In this document: positions 17,038-27,314 of the stretch, piece after piece
Position numbering within the stretch: position 1 is the stretch's first letter
Layout of the letters: the number at the start of each line of letters is the position of its first letter
NCBI GenBank assembly: GCA_046726415.1
Contig: JBKPAK010000320.1
Span: 1-37,464 of the forward strand
Length of the DNA stretch: 37,464 nucleotides
Direction of reading: 5' to 3'
Source of the DNA: Candidatus Methylomirabilota bacterium
GTDB lineage: Bacteria > Methylomirabilota > Methylomirabilia > Rokubacteriales > CSP1-6
Translations under genes and position numbers: made by a program
Notes under the pieces: model-generated
What the model was told of the DNA's origin: nothing
The model's database searches: none
The model's input: only the letters and a program-made list of their open reading frames with translations

Positions 17038-18249
17038 ATGCACCGACGCGCGTTTTTGGCGACGACTGCCCTCGGCACCACGACCCTGGGTTTCCCCGCG
17101 ATTCTGCGCGCCCAGGGCACGGGCCCCATCAAGATCGGCTTCCCCCTCCCCCTGACGGGCCCCTTCGGGGCCATCGCCACCGACCAGCAGCGCGGGGCGA
17201 TCCTGGCCACGGAGCAGGTCAACGCGCGGGGCGGCGTGCTGGGACGCCAGATCGAGGTGCTCTTCCGCGACGATCAGCTCAAGCCGGCCGTCGGCGCCCA
17301 GCGGACGAAGGAGCTGATCGAAAACGAGAAGGTCGACTTCATCGTCGGCGGGCTGGCCGCGCACGTCCAGATGGCGATCAACGAACAGGCCAAGGCCGCC
17401 GGCAAGATCTTCATCTCCATCAGCCAGTCGGACGAGATCAGCGCCAAGCCGGATTCAGGCCCGCTGACCTTCCACGAGGCCTTGAACCCCACGATCACCG
17501 GACGGGCCGTCGGCGGCTGGGCCGTCAAGAACCTCGGCAAGGCGTGGTGGATCGTCTACGCCGACTACGCCTGGGGCAAGCAGAACGACGCGGTGTTCAG
17601 CGCGGTGGTGGAGAAGGCCGGTGGCAAGATCCTCGGCCACACGCCATATCCGCTGGGGAAGCCCGAGTTCTCGACGCACCTGCCGAAGATCCTCGCGGCC
17701 AAGCCCGAGGTGGTGCTGGGGGCGGCCCCGGGTGACGACAGCGTCGCGTTTGCCAAGCAAGCCATCAGTTTCGGCCTCAAGAAGCAGACCAAGCTCCTGA
17801 TGCCCTTGCACTTCCTCTTCTATGCGAAGGCGGGCGGGACGGATCTCTTCGCCGACGTCTATGGCGGGAGCAGCTTCTACTGGGAGCTCGAGAGCACCAT
17901 CCCCCAGGCCAAGAAGTACGTCGAGGCGTTCATGAAGCGGTTCAAGGAAGCGCCTGACGCCTACAGCGGCTACGGCTACAGCGGCATCATGGAAGTCGTG
18001 CGCGGCGTGGAGCTGGCCAAGTCCACCAACTCGGATGCCGTGGCCACCGCGCTGCTCAACAATCCGAGCTACGACCATTACAAGGGCAAGGAGTGGTGGC
18101 GGAAGTGTGACCGGAAGGCCTTCCAGGATCTTTGGATCCTCAAGGGGCGAGCCCAGGCCAAAGGCGATTGGGGCTACTACGAGATCGCCACCAAGGTCCC
18201 CGCCGACGAGGCCCTCGATCGGTCCTGCGCCGAGAAGGGATACGTCTAG
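17038..18249 (+). CDS. Branched-chain amino acid (HAAT/Liv-type) ABC substrate-binding protein, Tat-exported
   Basis: SD AAGGAGG; MHRRAFL twin-Arg leader; PIKIG-PLTG, N-GGVLGR-IE-RDD, DY-WG; 403 aa. Confidence 0.9.
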   Translation: MHRRAFLATTALGTTTLGFPAILRAQGTGPIKIGFPLPLTGPFGAIATDQQRGAILATEQVNARGGVLGRQIEVLFRDDQLKPAVGAQRTKELIENEKVDFIVGGLAAHVQMAINEQAKAAGKIFISISQSDEISAKPDSGPLTFHEALNPTITGRAVGGWAVKNLGKAWWIVYADYAWGKQNDAVFSAVVEKAGGKILGHTPYPLGKPEFSTHLPKILAAKPEVVLGAAPGDDSVAFAKQAISFGLKKQTKLLMPLHFLFYAKAGGTDLFADVYGGSSFYWELESTIPQAKKYVEAFMKRFKEAPDAYSGYGYSGIMEVVRGVELAKSTNSDAVATALLNNPSYDHYKGKEWWRKCDRKAFQDLWILKGRAQAKGDWGYYEIATKVPADEALDRSCAEKGYV

Positions 18250-18254
18250 CATCC

Positions 18255-19139
18255 GTGGCCGAACTTTCGCTCCAGGCGCTTTCGGCGCAGATCTTCACGG
18301 GCCTGGTCCTGGGCGGGATCCTCGTCCTGCTGGCGACCGGGCTCTCGCTGATCTTCGGGCTGATGGCCGTGGTGAACTTCGCCCACGGCTCGCTCTATAT
18401 GCTCGGAGCGTACTTCGGCTTCTTCCTGCTGGGGTTCACAAAAAGCTTCTGGATCGCGGTCATCGGCGCCTCCCTCATGGTGGGCGTCTTCGGTTTGTTC
18501 ATGGAGCGATTCCTCGTGCGGCCGCTGTATGGACGGAGTCCGGATGATCCCCTCCTGCTGACCTTCGGGCTCTCGCTGGTGCTGGTGGAGGTGGTCAAGC
18601 TGCTGTGGGGGCGGATCGGGTTGACCCTCGACCCGCCGCCCGTCCTGGCCGGCGCCGTCGACCTCGGGTTCATGATCTTTCCCACGTACCGATTGTTCAT
18701 CATTGCGGTGACCGCGGCGGCGCTGCTCGGCTTGTGGCTCTTCCTGGAGCGCACCAACGTGGGGCTGATCGTCCGCGCCGGCACCCGCGATCCTCTCATG
18801 GTGCGGGCCCTCGGGTTCGACCTCGGTCGCATCTGGTTCCTCGTCTTCGGGCTCGGGGTGGGAATGGCTGGCCTGGCCGGCGTCCTGGCCGGACCGTTGC
18901 GCGGCGTCTACGCGGAGATGGGCTTCGAGATGATCATCGAGTGCTTCGTGGTCGTCGTCGTGGGGGGTATGGGGAGCCTGGTCGGGGCGATCGTGGCAGG
19001 TCTGCTCATCGGCGAGGTCGTCAGCCTCACCACCTTCTTCGCTCCCAAGGCCTCCGAACTGGTGATCTTCATCGTGATGGCGCTCGTGCTCCTGGTGCGC
19101 CCGAGCGGCCTCTTCGGCGAACCCGGACTGGCCGAGTGA
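18255..19139 (+). CDS. livH: Liv-type ABC permease (LivH-like)
   Basis: GL-LIFGLM-VVNFAHG-LYMLGAY, LLTFG, GL-VRA, VVVVGGMGS-GA, RPSGLFG. Confidence 0.88.
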   Translation: MAELSLQALSAQIFTGLVLGGILVLLATGLSLIFGLMAVVNFAHGSLYMLGAYFGFFLLGFTKSFWIAVIGASLMVGVFGLFMERFLVRPLYGRSPDDPLLLTFGLSLVLVEVVKLLWGRIGLTLDPPPVLAGAVDLGFMIFPTYRLFIIAVTAAALLGLWLFLERTNVGLIVRAGTRDPLMVRALGFDLGRIWFLVFGLGVGMAGLAGVLAGPLRGVYAEMGFEMIIECFVVVVVGGMGSLVGAIVAGLLIGEVVSLTTFFAPKASELVIFIVMALVLLVRPSGLFGEPGLAE

Positions 19140-20101
19140 TGAAGCAGGCGGCGACCGCCGCGGTGCGGATCATTGCCGCGCACCCCGTCCTCTCCATCGT
19201 GATCTTCTTCGCCATCTTTCCCTTCGTCGTCCCCTACCGCTCGCTGGCCACGCAGGTGCTCGTCTACGGACTCTTCGCGCTTGGTTTCAACCTGCTCTAC
19301 GGCTACACGGGCATCCTCTCCTTCGGACACGCCGCCTACTGGGGGCTCGGGGCCTACGGAACGGGCATCGCCCTGGCCAAGCTCGGCTTGAAGTCGCTGT
19401 GGCTGGCCATCCTCATCGGCCTCGTCTGCGCCGTGGTGGCGGGGGTAGTCGTGGGGAGCTTCTGCCTGCGCCGCCGCGGCATCTACTTCGCCATGCTCAC
19501 CCTGGCCTTTGCGCAGGTCTTCTACTTCGCGGCCTTCCATCTCGCCGACCTGACGGGCGGCGACGACGGCCTTCGCGGCATCCCGCGCCTATCCCTCGGT
19601 TTCTTCGGGCTGGAGATATCCCTCGATCGCCCCATCGCCTTTCATTACTTCGCCCTGGCCTGGGCCACCTTGGCCATCGCCGGGCTTCGGCGCATCCTCG
19701 ACTCGCCGTTCGGGGCCGTGCTCAGGGCCATTCGAGAGAACAGCGATCGCGCGACCGCATGCGGCTATGCCGTGGCCCGCATCAAGCTTCTCTCATTCGT
19801 GTTCTCCGCGCTCATCGCGGGCCTGGCCGGCTCGCTGGATGCCCTTCGGCTGACCATCGTGCCCGTGGAGGCCCTCTACTGGGCGACCTCCGGTCAGGCC
19901 GTCATCATGACGCTCCTCGGCGGGGGTGGGACATTCTTCGGCCCATTCGTCGGCGCAGCCGCCTACCTCGTCTTGGAGGACCGGCTAAGCCTGTTCCTCG
20001 AATCCTGGCCCATCGTCATTGGCCTCGTCTTCATGGGCTTCGTGCTCTTCCTGCCGAAGGGCATCTGGGGCACTCTGATCGCGCGTCTGCCCGGCGGCTA
20101 G
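19139..20101 (+). CDS. livM: Liv-type ABC permease (LivM-like)
   Basis: FNLL-GYTG-LSFGHAA, GIYFAMLTLAF-Q, TGG-DG, SPFG-L-AIREN-RA-GY, LLGG-G-F-GP, LP-GI. Confidence 0.88.
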   Translation: MKQAATAAVRIIAAHPVLSIVIFFAIFPFVVPYRSLATQVLVYGLFALGFNLLYGYTGILSFGHAAYWGLGAYGTGIALAKLGLKSLWLAILIGLVCAVVAGVVVGSFCLRRRGIYFAMLTLAFAQVFYFAAFHLADLTGGDDGLRGIPRLSLGFFGLEISLDRPIAFHYFALAWATLAIAGLRRILDSPFGAVLRAIRENSDRATACGYAVARIKLLSFVFSALIAGLAGSLDALRLTIVPVEALYWATSGQAVIMTLLGGGGTFFGPFVGAAAYLVLEDRLSLFLESWPIVIGLVFMGFVLFLPKGIWGTLIARLPGG

Positions 20102-20847
20102 CGATGGTCCTCGGCGGCGTCGAGCGGTTCCCAGCCGAGGACCGCCCGCGGATGCTCCAGGTCCCGATAGCTCCAGCGGTTCCGGGACGTGGCAAAGAAG
20201 ATGTCGAAGCGCAAGCTCGGAGGCGCGGTGACGCACGCCTCGAGCATCCGGACGATATCCCGCTGGCTGCACCACACGGAAAACTGGCGCGGGTGGCGGG
20301 GGCGATCCTGGGCGGTGACCTGGCCGATGCGGACGCAGAGCACCGAGAGGGCATGCTCGTCGGCGTAGTGTCTGGCCAGCGCTTCACCCCACACCTTCGA
20401 GCAGCCGTACAGGCCGGAGGGACGGACCAAGGTCTCGTGGGTCAGGTTCGGCCACGAGCGGACATCTTCCTGGCGGTCGGACACCAGCGTGCTGAATGGG
20501 GCCTCGCGCTCGTAACCGCTGACCGTGGCTCCGCTGCTCGCAAAGACCACCCGCTTCACCCCGGCCCGCCGCGCGGCCTCGAACACGTTGTACGTCCCCA
20601 CGATGTTGGGGCCGAGCAGCGCGTCCAGGGTGAACGTCGAGCCGGCCAGCGCAGCCAGGTGCACCACGGCGTCCACGCCGGCAAAGGCGGGCTGGATCGC
20701 GGCCAGATCGCCGATATCAGCTTGGAGACAGGCCACGCCCGGCACCGGCTTCCGGTTCAGGGCGCGCAAGGTGTAGCGACCCTCTAGATGCTTCCGGAGG
20801 GCGCCTCCGATGAGCCCACTCATTCCTGTGACGAGCACCGTGGTCAC
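20098..20847 (-). CDS. NAD-dependent epimerase/dehydratase family (uronate dehydrogenase-like)
   Basis: VLVTG-SGLIG, VVHLAA, N-GTYNVFEAA, FASS, LYG-SK-GE, RIG, W-S-RD; GTG start with SD GGGAGA. Confidence 0.85.
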   Translation of the reverse strand: MTTVLVTGMSGLIGGALRKHLEGRYTLRALNRKPVPGVACLQADIGDLAAIQPAFAGVDAVVHLAALAGSTFTLDALLGPNIVGTYNVFEAARRAGVKRVVFASSGATVSGYEREAPFSTLVSDRQEDVRSWPNLTHETLVRPSGLYGCSKVWGEALARHYADEHALSVLCVRIGQVTAQDRPRHPRQFSVWCSQRDIVRMLEACVTAPPSLRFDIFFATSRNRWSYRDLEHPRAVLGWEPLDAAEDHR

Positions 20848-20963
20848 GTCGATCTCCCGTTGCCGTCGCCGGCGGGAACGCGCGCGGGTCGCGGCGCACA
20901 GGAGGAATGGTCCCCCCGCCCCTCCGGGCCGACACCCCACGCTGGGCGAGACTCCTGACGCCG

Positions 20964-22094
20964 TCAGTCGATGGCGGTGTGGACGAAGTTGCTGATCCGA
21001 TCCATGCGCTCGCTGTGCCAGGGATCAGCCACGCGGCTGTTGGTCAGGTAGGCGAATGCGAGGCCGGAGTCGGGATCGGCCCAGCAATAGGACGAACCCA
21101 CGCCGCCGTGGCCAAAGGCGCGCGGCGACGCCAGGGAGCCGAGCCCCCGGATGGTGTCTGTCGTGCCGCGCAGATGCGGTCCGAGTCCGCGGTGCATCGG
21201 CATCCCCATGTAGGAATCCACGCGATCGCCGGTGAAGTTGCGGGTCACGTACTGGACCAGGCGTGGCGAGAGCAGCCGCACGCCATTGAGTTTCCCGCCC
21301 CCGAGAAGCATCTGGTAGAAGGCGACCATCGCGCGCGCCGTCCCGTAACCTCCACCCCCCGGAGTCCCCGCCCGTCGGAACGCCTCGTTGTTCTCCTCGG
21401 TCCGCTTCACCTGACGGGTGCCCTCGGGACTCGGCTCGTGCATGTCCACGCAGCGGCTCTGGGCCGCGTCGTGAACACCGACGTACAGCTCGTCACCGAG
21501 CCCCAGCGGCTCCATCACGTTCTCGCGGATGAACACGCGGTAGTCGGTCTTCGCCAGCGCCTCGATGAGGGCCGCCGCGGTCCAGTGGGCGGACAGACCG
21601 TGGTAATGGACGCGAGAGCCCGGTGTCCACTCGAGGGTAAAGCCGCACACTGTCCGGCGCAGCAGCTCGTGGTCCTCCCAGGCCGCCGCCGGCATCGTGG
21701 CATTCGGGAAACCGGCCTGGTGGGTGAGGAGCTGGATGAGGGTGATGTCGCCCTTGGCGTTCGCCTCGAAACCCGGCAGGTGAGCGGCCACGCGATCCGT
21801 GAAGGCGAGGGCGCCGCGCTCCACGAGGATCCACATCGCGCACGCCGTCAGCACCTTGGTGTTCGAGTACAGCAGCCAGACCGTGTCGGCGCGAGCCGGC
21901 TCGCGCTTCGGCTCGAGTCGCGCGTCGCCGATGGTCGTGAACCCGGCGAGCTTGCCATGGCGCGCCACCGCATACTGTGCGGCGGGATAGCGCCCCTCGG
22001 TGATGTGGCGGGTAATGGTCTCGCGGAGCCGATCGAGCGCCCGCTCGTCGAGACCGAGCGAGGCGGGGGTCGATGTGGTCAGGGGAAAGCTCAT
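20964..22094 (-). CDS. Serine hydrolase, beta-lactamase class C / EstB family
   Basis: YSNTK (SxxK), LLTHQAG, W-PG-YH, FGHGG-GS-WADP; SD GGAGA. Confidence 0.9.
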   Translation of the reverse strand: MSFPLTTSTPASLGLDERALDRLRETITRHITEGRYPAAQYAVARHGKLAGFTTIGDARLEPKREPARADTVWLLYSNTKVLTACAMWILVERGALAFTDRVAAHLPGFEANAKGDITLIQLLTHQAGFPNATMPAAAWEDHELLRRTVCGFTLEWTPGSRVHYHGLSAHWTAAALIEALAKTDYRVFIRENVMEPLGLGDELYVGVHDAAQSRCVDMHEPSPEGTRQVKRTEENNEAFRRAGTPGGGGYGTARAMVAFYQMLLGGGKLNGVRLLSPRLVQYVTRNFTGDRVDSYMGMPMHRGLGPHLRGTTDTIRGLGSLASPRAFGHGGVGSSYCWADPDSGLAFAYLTNSRVADPWHSERMDRISNFVHTAID

Positions 22095-22137
22095 GTCGGT
22101 TCTCCAGTTCGCGATTCGGCGACGCTGTCGTGGGGCG

Positions 22138-22234
22138 AGTGTACGCGGTTTGCGCTGATGCGCCAAGACGGCGGTGATCCACGCCGCCGCGAACGCCCGG
22201 CGCGATTGACACCCGGCGATACGGCTCCTAAGAT
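22138..22234. promoter_or_regulatory. Back-to-back sigma70-type promoters
   Basis: Plus strand: TTGACA (22206-22211), 17 nt, TAAGAT (22229-22234). Minus strand: TTGGCG (22166-22161), 17 nt, TACACT (22143-22138). Confidence 0.65.
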
Positions 22235-22264
22235 TCGGCCACATCCATCGGCGTGGAGGCGCGC

Positions 22265-22726
22265 ATGGCCATCAAGGTTCTCGAGCTTCATCATCACGGG
22301 ATTCGCGTGGGTCCGAGCCCGGAGGCCGTGAAAAAGGCGCACGACTTCTACACCAACGTGCTGGGCCTCAGTCACGATCCGGGCCGGCCGTCCATCCCGA
22401 CCATCGACGGCTACTGGATGGACGTGGGCGGCACCGCGCAGATCCATCTCATGGGCGTCGACGGGCAATCCAAGTTCGCCAAGGGCCCCGGCCGAGACCC
22501 TTCGTTGCCGCACGTGGCGCTCGCGGTGGCCGACGTCCAGGAGACGCGCAAAGAGCTGGAGCGGCTCGGCGTCGCCTACTGGGTCGCCGAGAGCGTAGTC
22601 GGGCCCCAGTCGCAGCAGATCTTCATGCACGACCCCTTCGGCAACATGATCGAGCTGCACCAGATCGACACCTGTCGCTGCGTGACGGCGAGGCGAGCCT
22701 CCCCGACCGGCGCGTCGATGAGCTGA
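22265..22726 (+). CDS. VOC (glyoxalase/bleomycin resistance/dioxygenase) family protein
   Basis: LHHHGIR, FY-VLGL, QIHL, HVALAV-D, F-DP-GN-IELH; SD GGAGG before ATG 22265. Confidence 0.88.
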   Translation: MAIKVLELHHHGIRVGPSPEAVKKAHDFYTNVLGLSHDPGRPSIPTIDGYWMDVGGTAQIHLMGVDGQSKFAKGPGRDPSLPHVALAVADVQETRKELERLGVAYWVAESVVGPQSQQIFMHDPFGNMIELHQIDTCRCVTARRASPTGASMS

Positions 22727-22729
22727 GGC

Positions 22730-23920
22730 GTGCTGCCGTCCCAGGCCCGATCGGACATCATCGAGCGCGCGGAGCGCCTCACGCGAGAGCACATCGCGCC
22801 GCGGGCCGCGCAATACGACCAGCTCGGCGCCAACCCCGTCCAGAGCTGGTGCGATCTCTGGCGCGAGGGCTTCCTGGCCGCCTCGGTTCCGTCGGCCTAC
22901 GGCGGGATGGGCCTCGACATGCCCACCTACATCGGAGTGATTCGCACCATCGCGCAGGGCTGCGCCAACTCCGCCATGACTCTGCACATGCACTCCACCG
23001 TCATGCGCTTCATCGACTGCCTAGGCACCGAGGCACAAAAGCGGCGGTATTTTTCCGAGGTCGTCGAGGGCGGCCGGCTCTTCGGAAGCTGGGGCAGCGA
23101 GCCTGCGGTGAGTCTCTCGCGGACCTTCTTGATCGAGACGGCCATCCGCGCAGACGGCGACGCGTGGGTCATTGACGGGGTCAAGCATTTCTGCACGATG
23201 GCCCTGGGCGCCACGTATTACATGGTGTGGTGTGCGATCGATGGCGAGGCCGACATGGGCAAGGCGTTGATCCAGGCCGTGGTGCCCGCCGACACATCCG
23301 GCATCGAGACGGACGGAAAGTGGGACACGCTCGGCATGCGAGGCACCTACAGCCCGTCCGTCACCTTCACCGGCGTGCGGGTACCGAGGGACGCGACCCT
23401 GGGTCAGCCCGGCGCCGCGGTTCAGGTGGGCGTGGCGGAGGGCTTCGGGCTCGGCTACGCCGCCGTCTACATCGGGCTTGCCGAAGCCGCGTTGGCCTTC
23501 GCCACCGACTACGCCAAGAAGCGCGTGGTGCGGCCCGAGAACGTCCCGGTGGCTATGGACCCAGCCGTCCAGCGCCACATCGGCGAGATGGCGGCCCTCC
23601 TCGAGGCGGCGCGGCTCGTGCTCGATGCTTCCGCAGCGGGCTGGGACGGCGCCGACGTGGTCGAGCGCGGGCTCCTCGCCGCCAAGGCGAAATACCTGGC
23701 CACCGAAGTCGGGCTTCACGTCACTTCCAAAGTGATCCAGGTCGTCGGTGGCCGTGGGGCCTACAAGGATTACCCGGCGGAGCGCGCGTTCCGCGACGTG
23801 CGCACCTCGACGCTCATGCCGCCCACCGTCGACCGGATGCTGGAGACGATCGGCAAGTGCGCCCTGGGCATCCAGGAAGGTATGTTCCGCCTGGTTGGCT
23901 CCGGCCCCCAGGGCGCGTGA
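22730..23920 (+). CDS. Acyl-CoA dehydrogenase-fold flavoprotein (possibly monooxygenase-type)
   Basis: VP-YGG-G, SEP, I-G-K-FCT, WDTLGMRGT-S, AA-Y-G-A-AA, GGRG, ER-FRD; the C-terminal catalytic E-G-T motif is replaced by LMPP. Confidence 0.85.
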   Translation: MLPSQARSDIIERAERLTREHIAPRAAQYDQLGANPVQSWCDLWREGFLAASVPSAYGGMGLDMPTYIGVIRTIAQGCANSAMTLHMHSTVMRFIDCLGTEAQKRRYFSEVVEGGRLFGSWGSEPAVSLSRTFLIETAIRADGDAWVIDGVKHFCTMALGATYYMVWCAIDGEADMGKALIQAVVPADTSGIETDGKWDTLGMRGTYSPSVTFTGVRVPRDATLGQPGAAVQVGVAEGFGLGYAAVYIGLAEAALAFATDYAKKRVVRPENVPVAMDPAVQRHIGEMAALLEAARLVLDASAAGWDGADVVERGLLAAKAKYLATEVGLHVTSKVIQVVGGRGAYKDYPAERAFRDVRTSTLMPPTVDRMLETIGKCALGIQEGMFRLVGSGPQGA

Positions 23921-24595
23921 ACTCCAGTTCAGGATGAACACGAAGAGCAAGGTCACCATCATCCCCGACGCTACCAGAGGAAACACCGCCAGGCGGATGG
24001 TGGCCAGGCGACTGGCCCCCATCAGGCGCGCCGCACGCTCCAGCTCGCGCGGGACCTCGTCAATGAAGGCCAGCATCATCCAGATCACGTAGGGCAAGGT
24101 CGTGGCGATGTAGAGCAGGGTGAGGCCGTAGTAGGTGTCGAAGAACTCCACTCGCCAGCCGATCAGCCAGGCGAAGAACTGGGGAATGCTCGCGTAGTAG
24201 ATGAGCATGGGAATGGCCACCACGATGGGCGGCACCATGCGCAGGGTGAGGATGGTGTAGGGGTAGTTCTTGCCGCCCGTGCCAAACCGCGAGATGGCAT
24301 ACGCTAGGGCCGAGCCCAGGAGGAGGGACACGACCGACGAGACGGCGACGATGACTGCGCTGTCGAAGGTCGCCTTCCAGATGTTGTAGGCCTGCTCGGT
24401 CTGCTCGCGGCGCAGCGCGCCGGTGTCTGTACCGCCGCCGAAGTAGAAGATCTGCCGGTAGTTCAGCAGGGTCGGCTCGAAGTCCACGAAGGGCACCCAG
24501 CGGGTAGGCCAGCTGACCCAGTCTCCGGCGTCCTTGAAGGACGTCATGACCATCCACGCGATGGGGAAGAGGACGATCAGGCTCCAGACGGCCAG
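23921..24595 (-). pseudogene. Truncated carbohydrate ABC permease (MalG-like) fragment
   Basis: LAVWSLIVLFPIAWMVMTSFK...PTL-NY...AY-SRF...RMVPP...LPY-IWM-F-DEVP-ELE-AA-GA (EAA loop)...FILNW. Similarity stops abruptly at the convergent ACAD stop. The last TM region and stop codon are missing, and no partner genes are present. Confidence 0.8.
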
Positions 24596-24653
24596 CCCCG
24601 GCGATGGCGGGCCCTCGGTGTCCGCAGCGCGGCGAGCGAAAACGAGCGCCCAC

Positions 24654-24682
24654 TTCATACCCTTGCCGGTCAGGAGTGTCAA
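24654..24682 (-). promoter_or_regulatory. Near-consensus sigma70 promoter facing the permease fragment
   Basis: TTGACA (24682-24677), 17 nt, TATGAA (24659-24654). Confidence 0.55.
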
Positions 24683-24770
24683 GGCACCGCCCGGCCGCGG
24701 TGCGCCGGCGCAGACAGTGCGCGCGTCAGAACCGGAGCCTCGCTCGAGCTCAACGGGGTATGGTGAGCAG

Positions 24771-25541
24771 GTGACGGCGTGGGCTGCGCTGTCCTGTCCT
24801 TTCCTGGTGGGGCTCGCCTTCGCTCTCTTCGGGCTCCTGGCGGGCGCCGCCGCCACCGGTGCGGAGACGCCGCTCGAGACGGCGCGTGCGCTGCTCGAGC
24901 GCTATCACGAGGACCTCGCGCGCATTGATCGCGCACGCGACTTGCTCGAGGCCGCTCTGGCCCAGGGGGCCAACGACGTGCCCACCCTGCTCACCCTGAC
25001 GCGGGCGTGGTTCCTCCACGGCGAGTACATCGCCCGCGGCGACGACGCCAAGCTGGCGGCATTCGATCGGGGCCGCGACCTTGCCCAGCGCGCCGTCCAG
25101 CTCGCTCCTCGCGACCCGGAGGCTCACCTGTGGTACGCGATTATGCTGGGCAGCGCCGCCCAGACGCGCGGAATCACGCGTTCCCTGCTCGTCCTGCGAA
25201 CCATCCGCGGGGAAGTCGACACCGTCCTTCGCCTCGATCCCAACTCCGTCGACGGACTCACCATGGCGGCCAGCATCCATCGGGAGTTGCCCGCGTTCCT
25301 GGGCGGCGATCGCAGCAAGGCCGAGGAGCTGTACCTGAAGGCCCGCGCCCTCGCGCCTCACCTCACCGGGCCGCGCCTCGAGCTGGCCAAGCTGTACGTC
25401 GACCAGGCGCGCTACGAGGACGCCCGCCGCGAGCTGCAGGGCATCCTCGACGAGCGCGCCCCCGTCGACCTCCCACGCTGGACCCTGAAGGAGGCGCCCG
25501 GCGCCCGGGCGCTCCTGGAATCGATCCGCGACAAGCGGTGA
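24771..25541 (+). CDS. Exported TPR-repeat protein (TatT-like)
   Basis: Signal-like N-terminus and helical repeats (A-RAVQLAP-DPEAHLWYA, LDP, LP-FLGGD-KAE, RLELAKLY). GTG 24771 lies 6 nt after TATGGT. Confidence 0.75.
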   Translation: MTAWAALSCPFLVGLAFALFGLLAGAAATGAETPLETARALLERYHEDLARIDRARDLLEAALAQGANDVPTLLTLTRAWFLHGEYIARGDDAKLAAFDRGRDLAQRAVQLAPRDPEAHLWYAIMLGSAAQTRGITRSLLVLRTIRGEVDTVLRLDPNSVDGLTMAASIHRELPAFLGGDRSKAEELYLKARALAPHLTGPRLELAKLYVDQARYEDARRELQGILDERAPVDLPRWTLKEAPGARALLESIRDKR

Positions 25542-25650
25542 TCCCGGGATCAACCAGCCGAGCCGGTAGGGGAGGATCTCGCCGAGGTGCCCCTGGAACA
25601 GGACTGACGGGCTTTGTCGCCAGGGACCATTTTTCGGCTACGGTGGTGGC

Positions 25651-26277
25651 ATGAACGCGCTGAAGCCAGTCACCCTCGAGGGGCGCTACGTTCGCCTGGA
25701 ACCGCTCACACTCGCCCACGTGTCGCCGCTCGCCGCGGTGGCCGCCGGGCCGCGTGACACCTTCGCCTTGACCACGGTGCCGAGCGACGAGTCGGCCATG
25801 GTGCGCTATGTCACCGCCGCGCTGCAGGCGCAGGCAGACGGCAAGGCGCTTGCCTTCGCCACAGTAGACCGCGCGACTGGTCAGGTCGTCGGGTCCACCC
25901 GTTTCCTCAACGTCGAGTTCTGGGATTGGCCGGCACATAGCCCGTATCGGCGCGGCGCCGATCGGCCCGACGTCGCGGAGATCGGCGCGACGTGGCTCGC
26001 GCCGTCCGTCCAGCGAACGGGGATCAACACGGAGGCGAAGCTCCTGATGCTCACCCACGCCTTCGAAACGTGGCGCGTGTACCGCGTGAGCCTCTTGACG
26101 GATGCCCGCAACATGCGCTCGCGCGCGGCCATCCTGCGCCTAGGCGCCCGTTTGGACGGCATCCTGCGCGCCAACCGGGTGGCGGCGGACCTCGCTATCC
26201 GCGACACGGCCGCCTATTCGATTCTGGAGTCCGAGTGGCCTGAGGTGAAAGCCCGCCTGGCCGCCCGCCTGCGCTGA
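25651..26277 (+). CDS. GNAT N-acetyltransferase (RimJ/RimL-like)
   Basis: L-GR-VRLEPL, VVGSTRF, EIG-TWL-QRTG-NTEAKLLML-HAFE, TD-RN-RSR-AI-RLGA-DG-LR, RDT-YSI-EWP. Confidence 0.9.
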   Translation: MNALKPVTLEGRYVRLEPLTLAHVSPLAAVAAGPRDTFALTTVPSDESAMVRYVTAALQAQADGKALAFATVDRATGQVVGSTRFLNVEFWDWPAHSPYRRGADRPDVAEIGATWLAPSVQRTGINTEAKLLMLTHAFETWRVYRVSLLTDARNMRSRAAILRLGARLDGILRANRVAADLAIRDTAAYSILESEWPEVKARLAARLR

Positions 26278-26606
26278 AACAACCTCGAGCGTCGTCGAGT
26301 TCTGCTTCCTCGCGCTTGGCACAGGTCGCCGGGCCCCCGTCTCAGAACCTGTACGGCAATCCCACCAGGATCGTAGGCGCGCGAGAGGCTCGTCGGGGGC
26401 CGGCGCTTCCGCCGGCGGTGGCTCCCGACCCAGCGCGGGCCCACTCGCGAGGAGCACGACGTCACGCCGAGCGCACCGCCCAGCCCACGCGTGCGCGTCA
26501 TGGACCTCCGCACCACGCCGTGGCGCCGCCGCAACCCCCAGTGGCCGCGATTTGGCGCAGCCTGGCGGCTACGCGGTGAAGGGGGCGACCATCCCGCTCC
26601 TGGGCC

Positions 26607-27310
<704 letters not shown>

Positions 27311-27314
<4 letters not shown>

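Noticed and set aside
20964..22094. Serine hydrolase as an antibiotic-resistance beta-lactamase
   Set aside because: It has no signal peptide and has HGG rather than KTG, consistent with a cytoplasmic EstB-like esterase/amidase.
24605..24651. tRNA-like minihelix on the minus strand (GGGCGCTCG...CGAGGGCCC-GCCA)
   Set aside because: It is only 47 nt with no T-loop or anticodon arm and starts too close to the -10 element; likely a chance GC stem.
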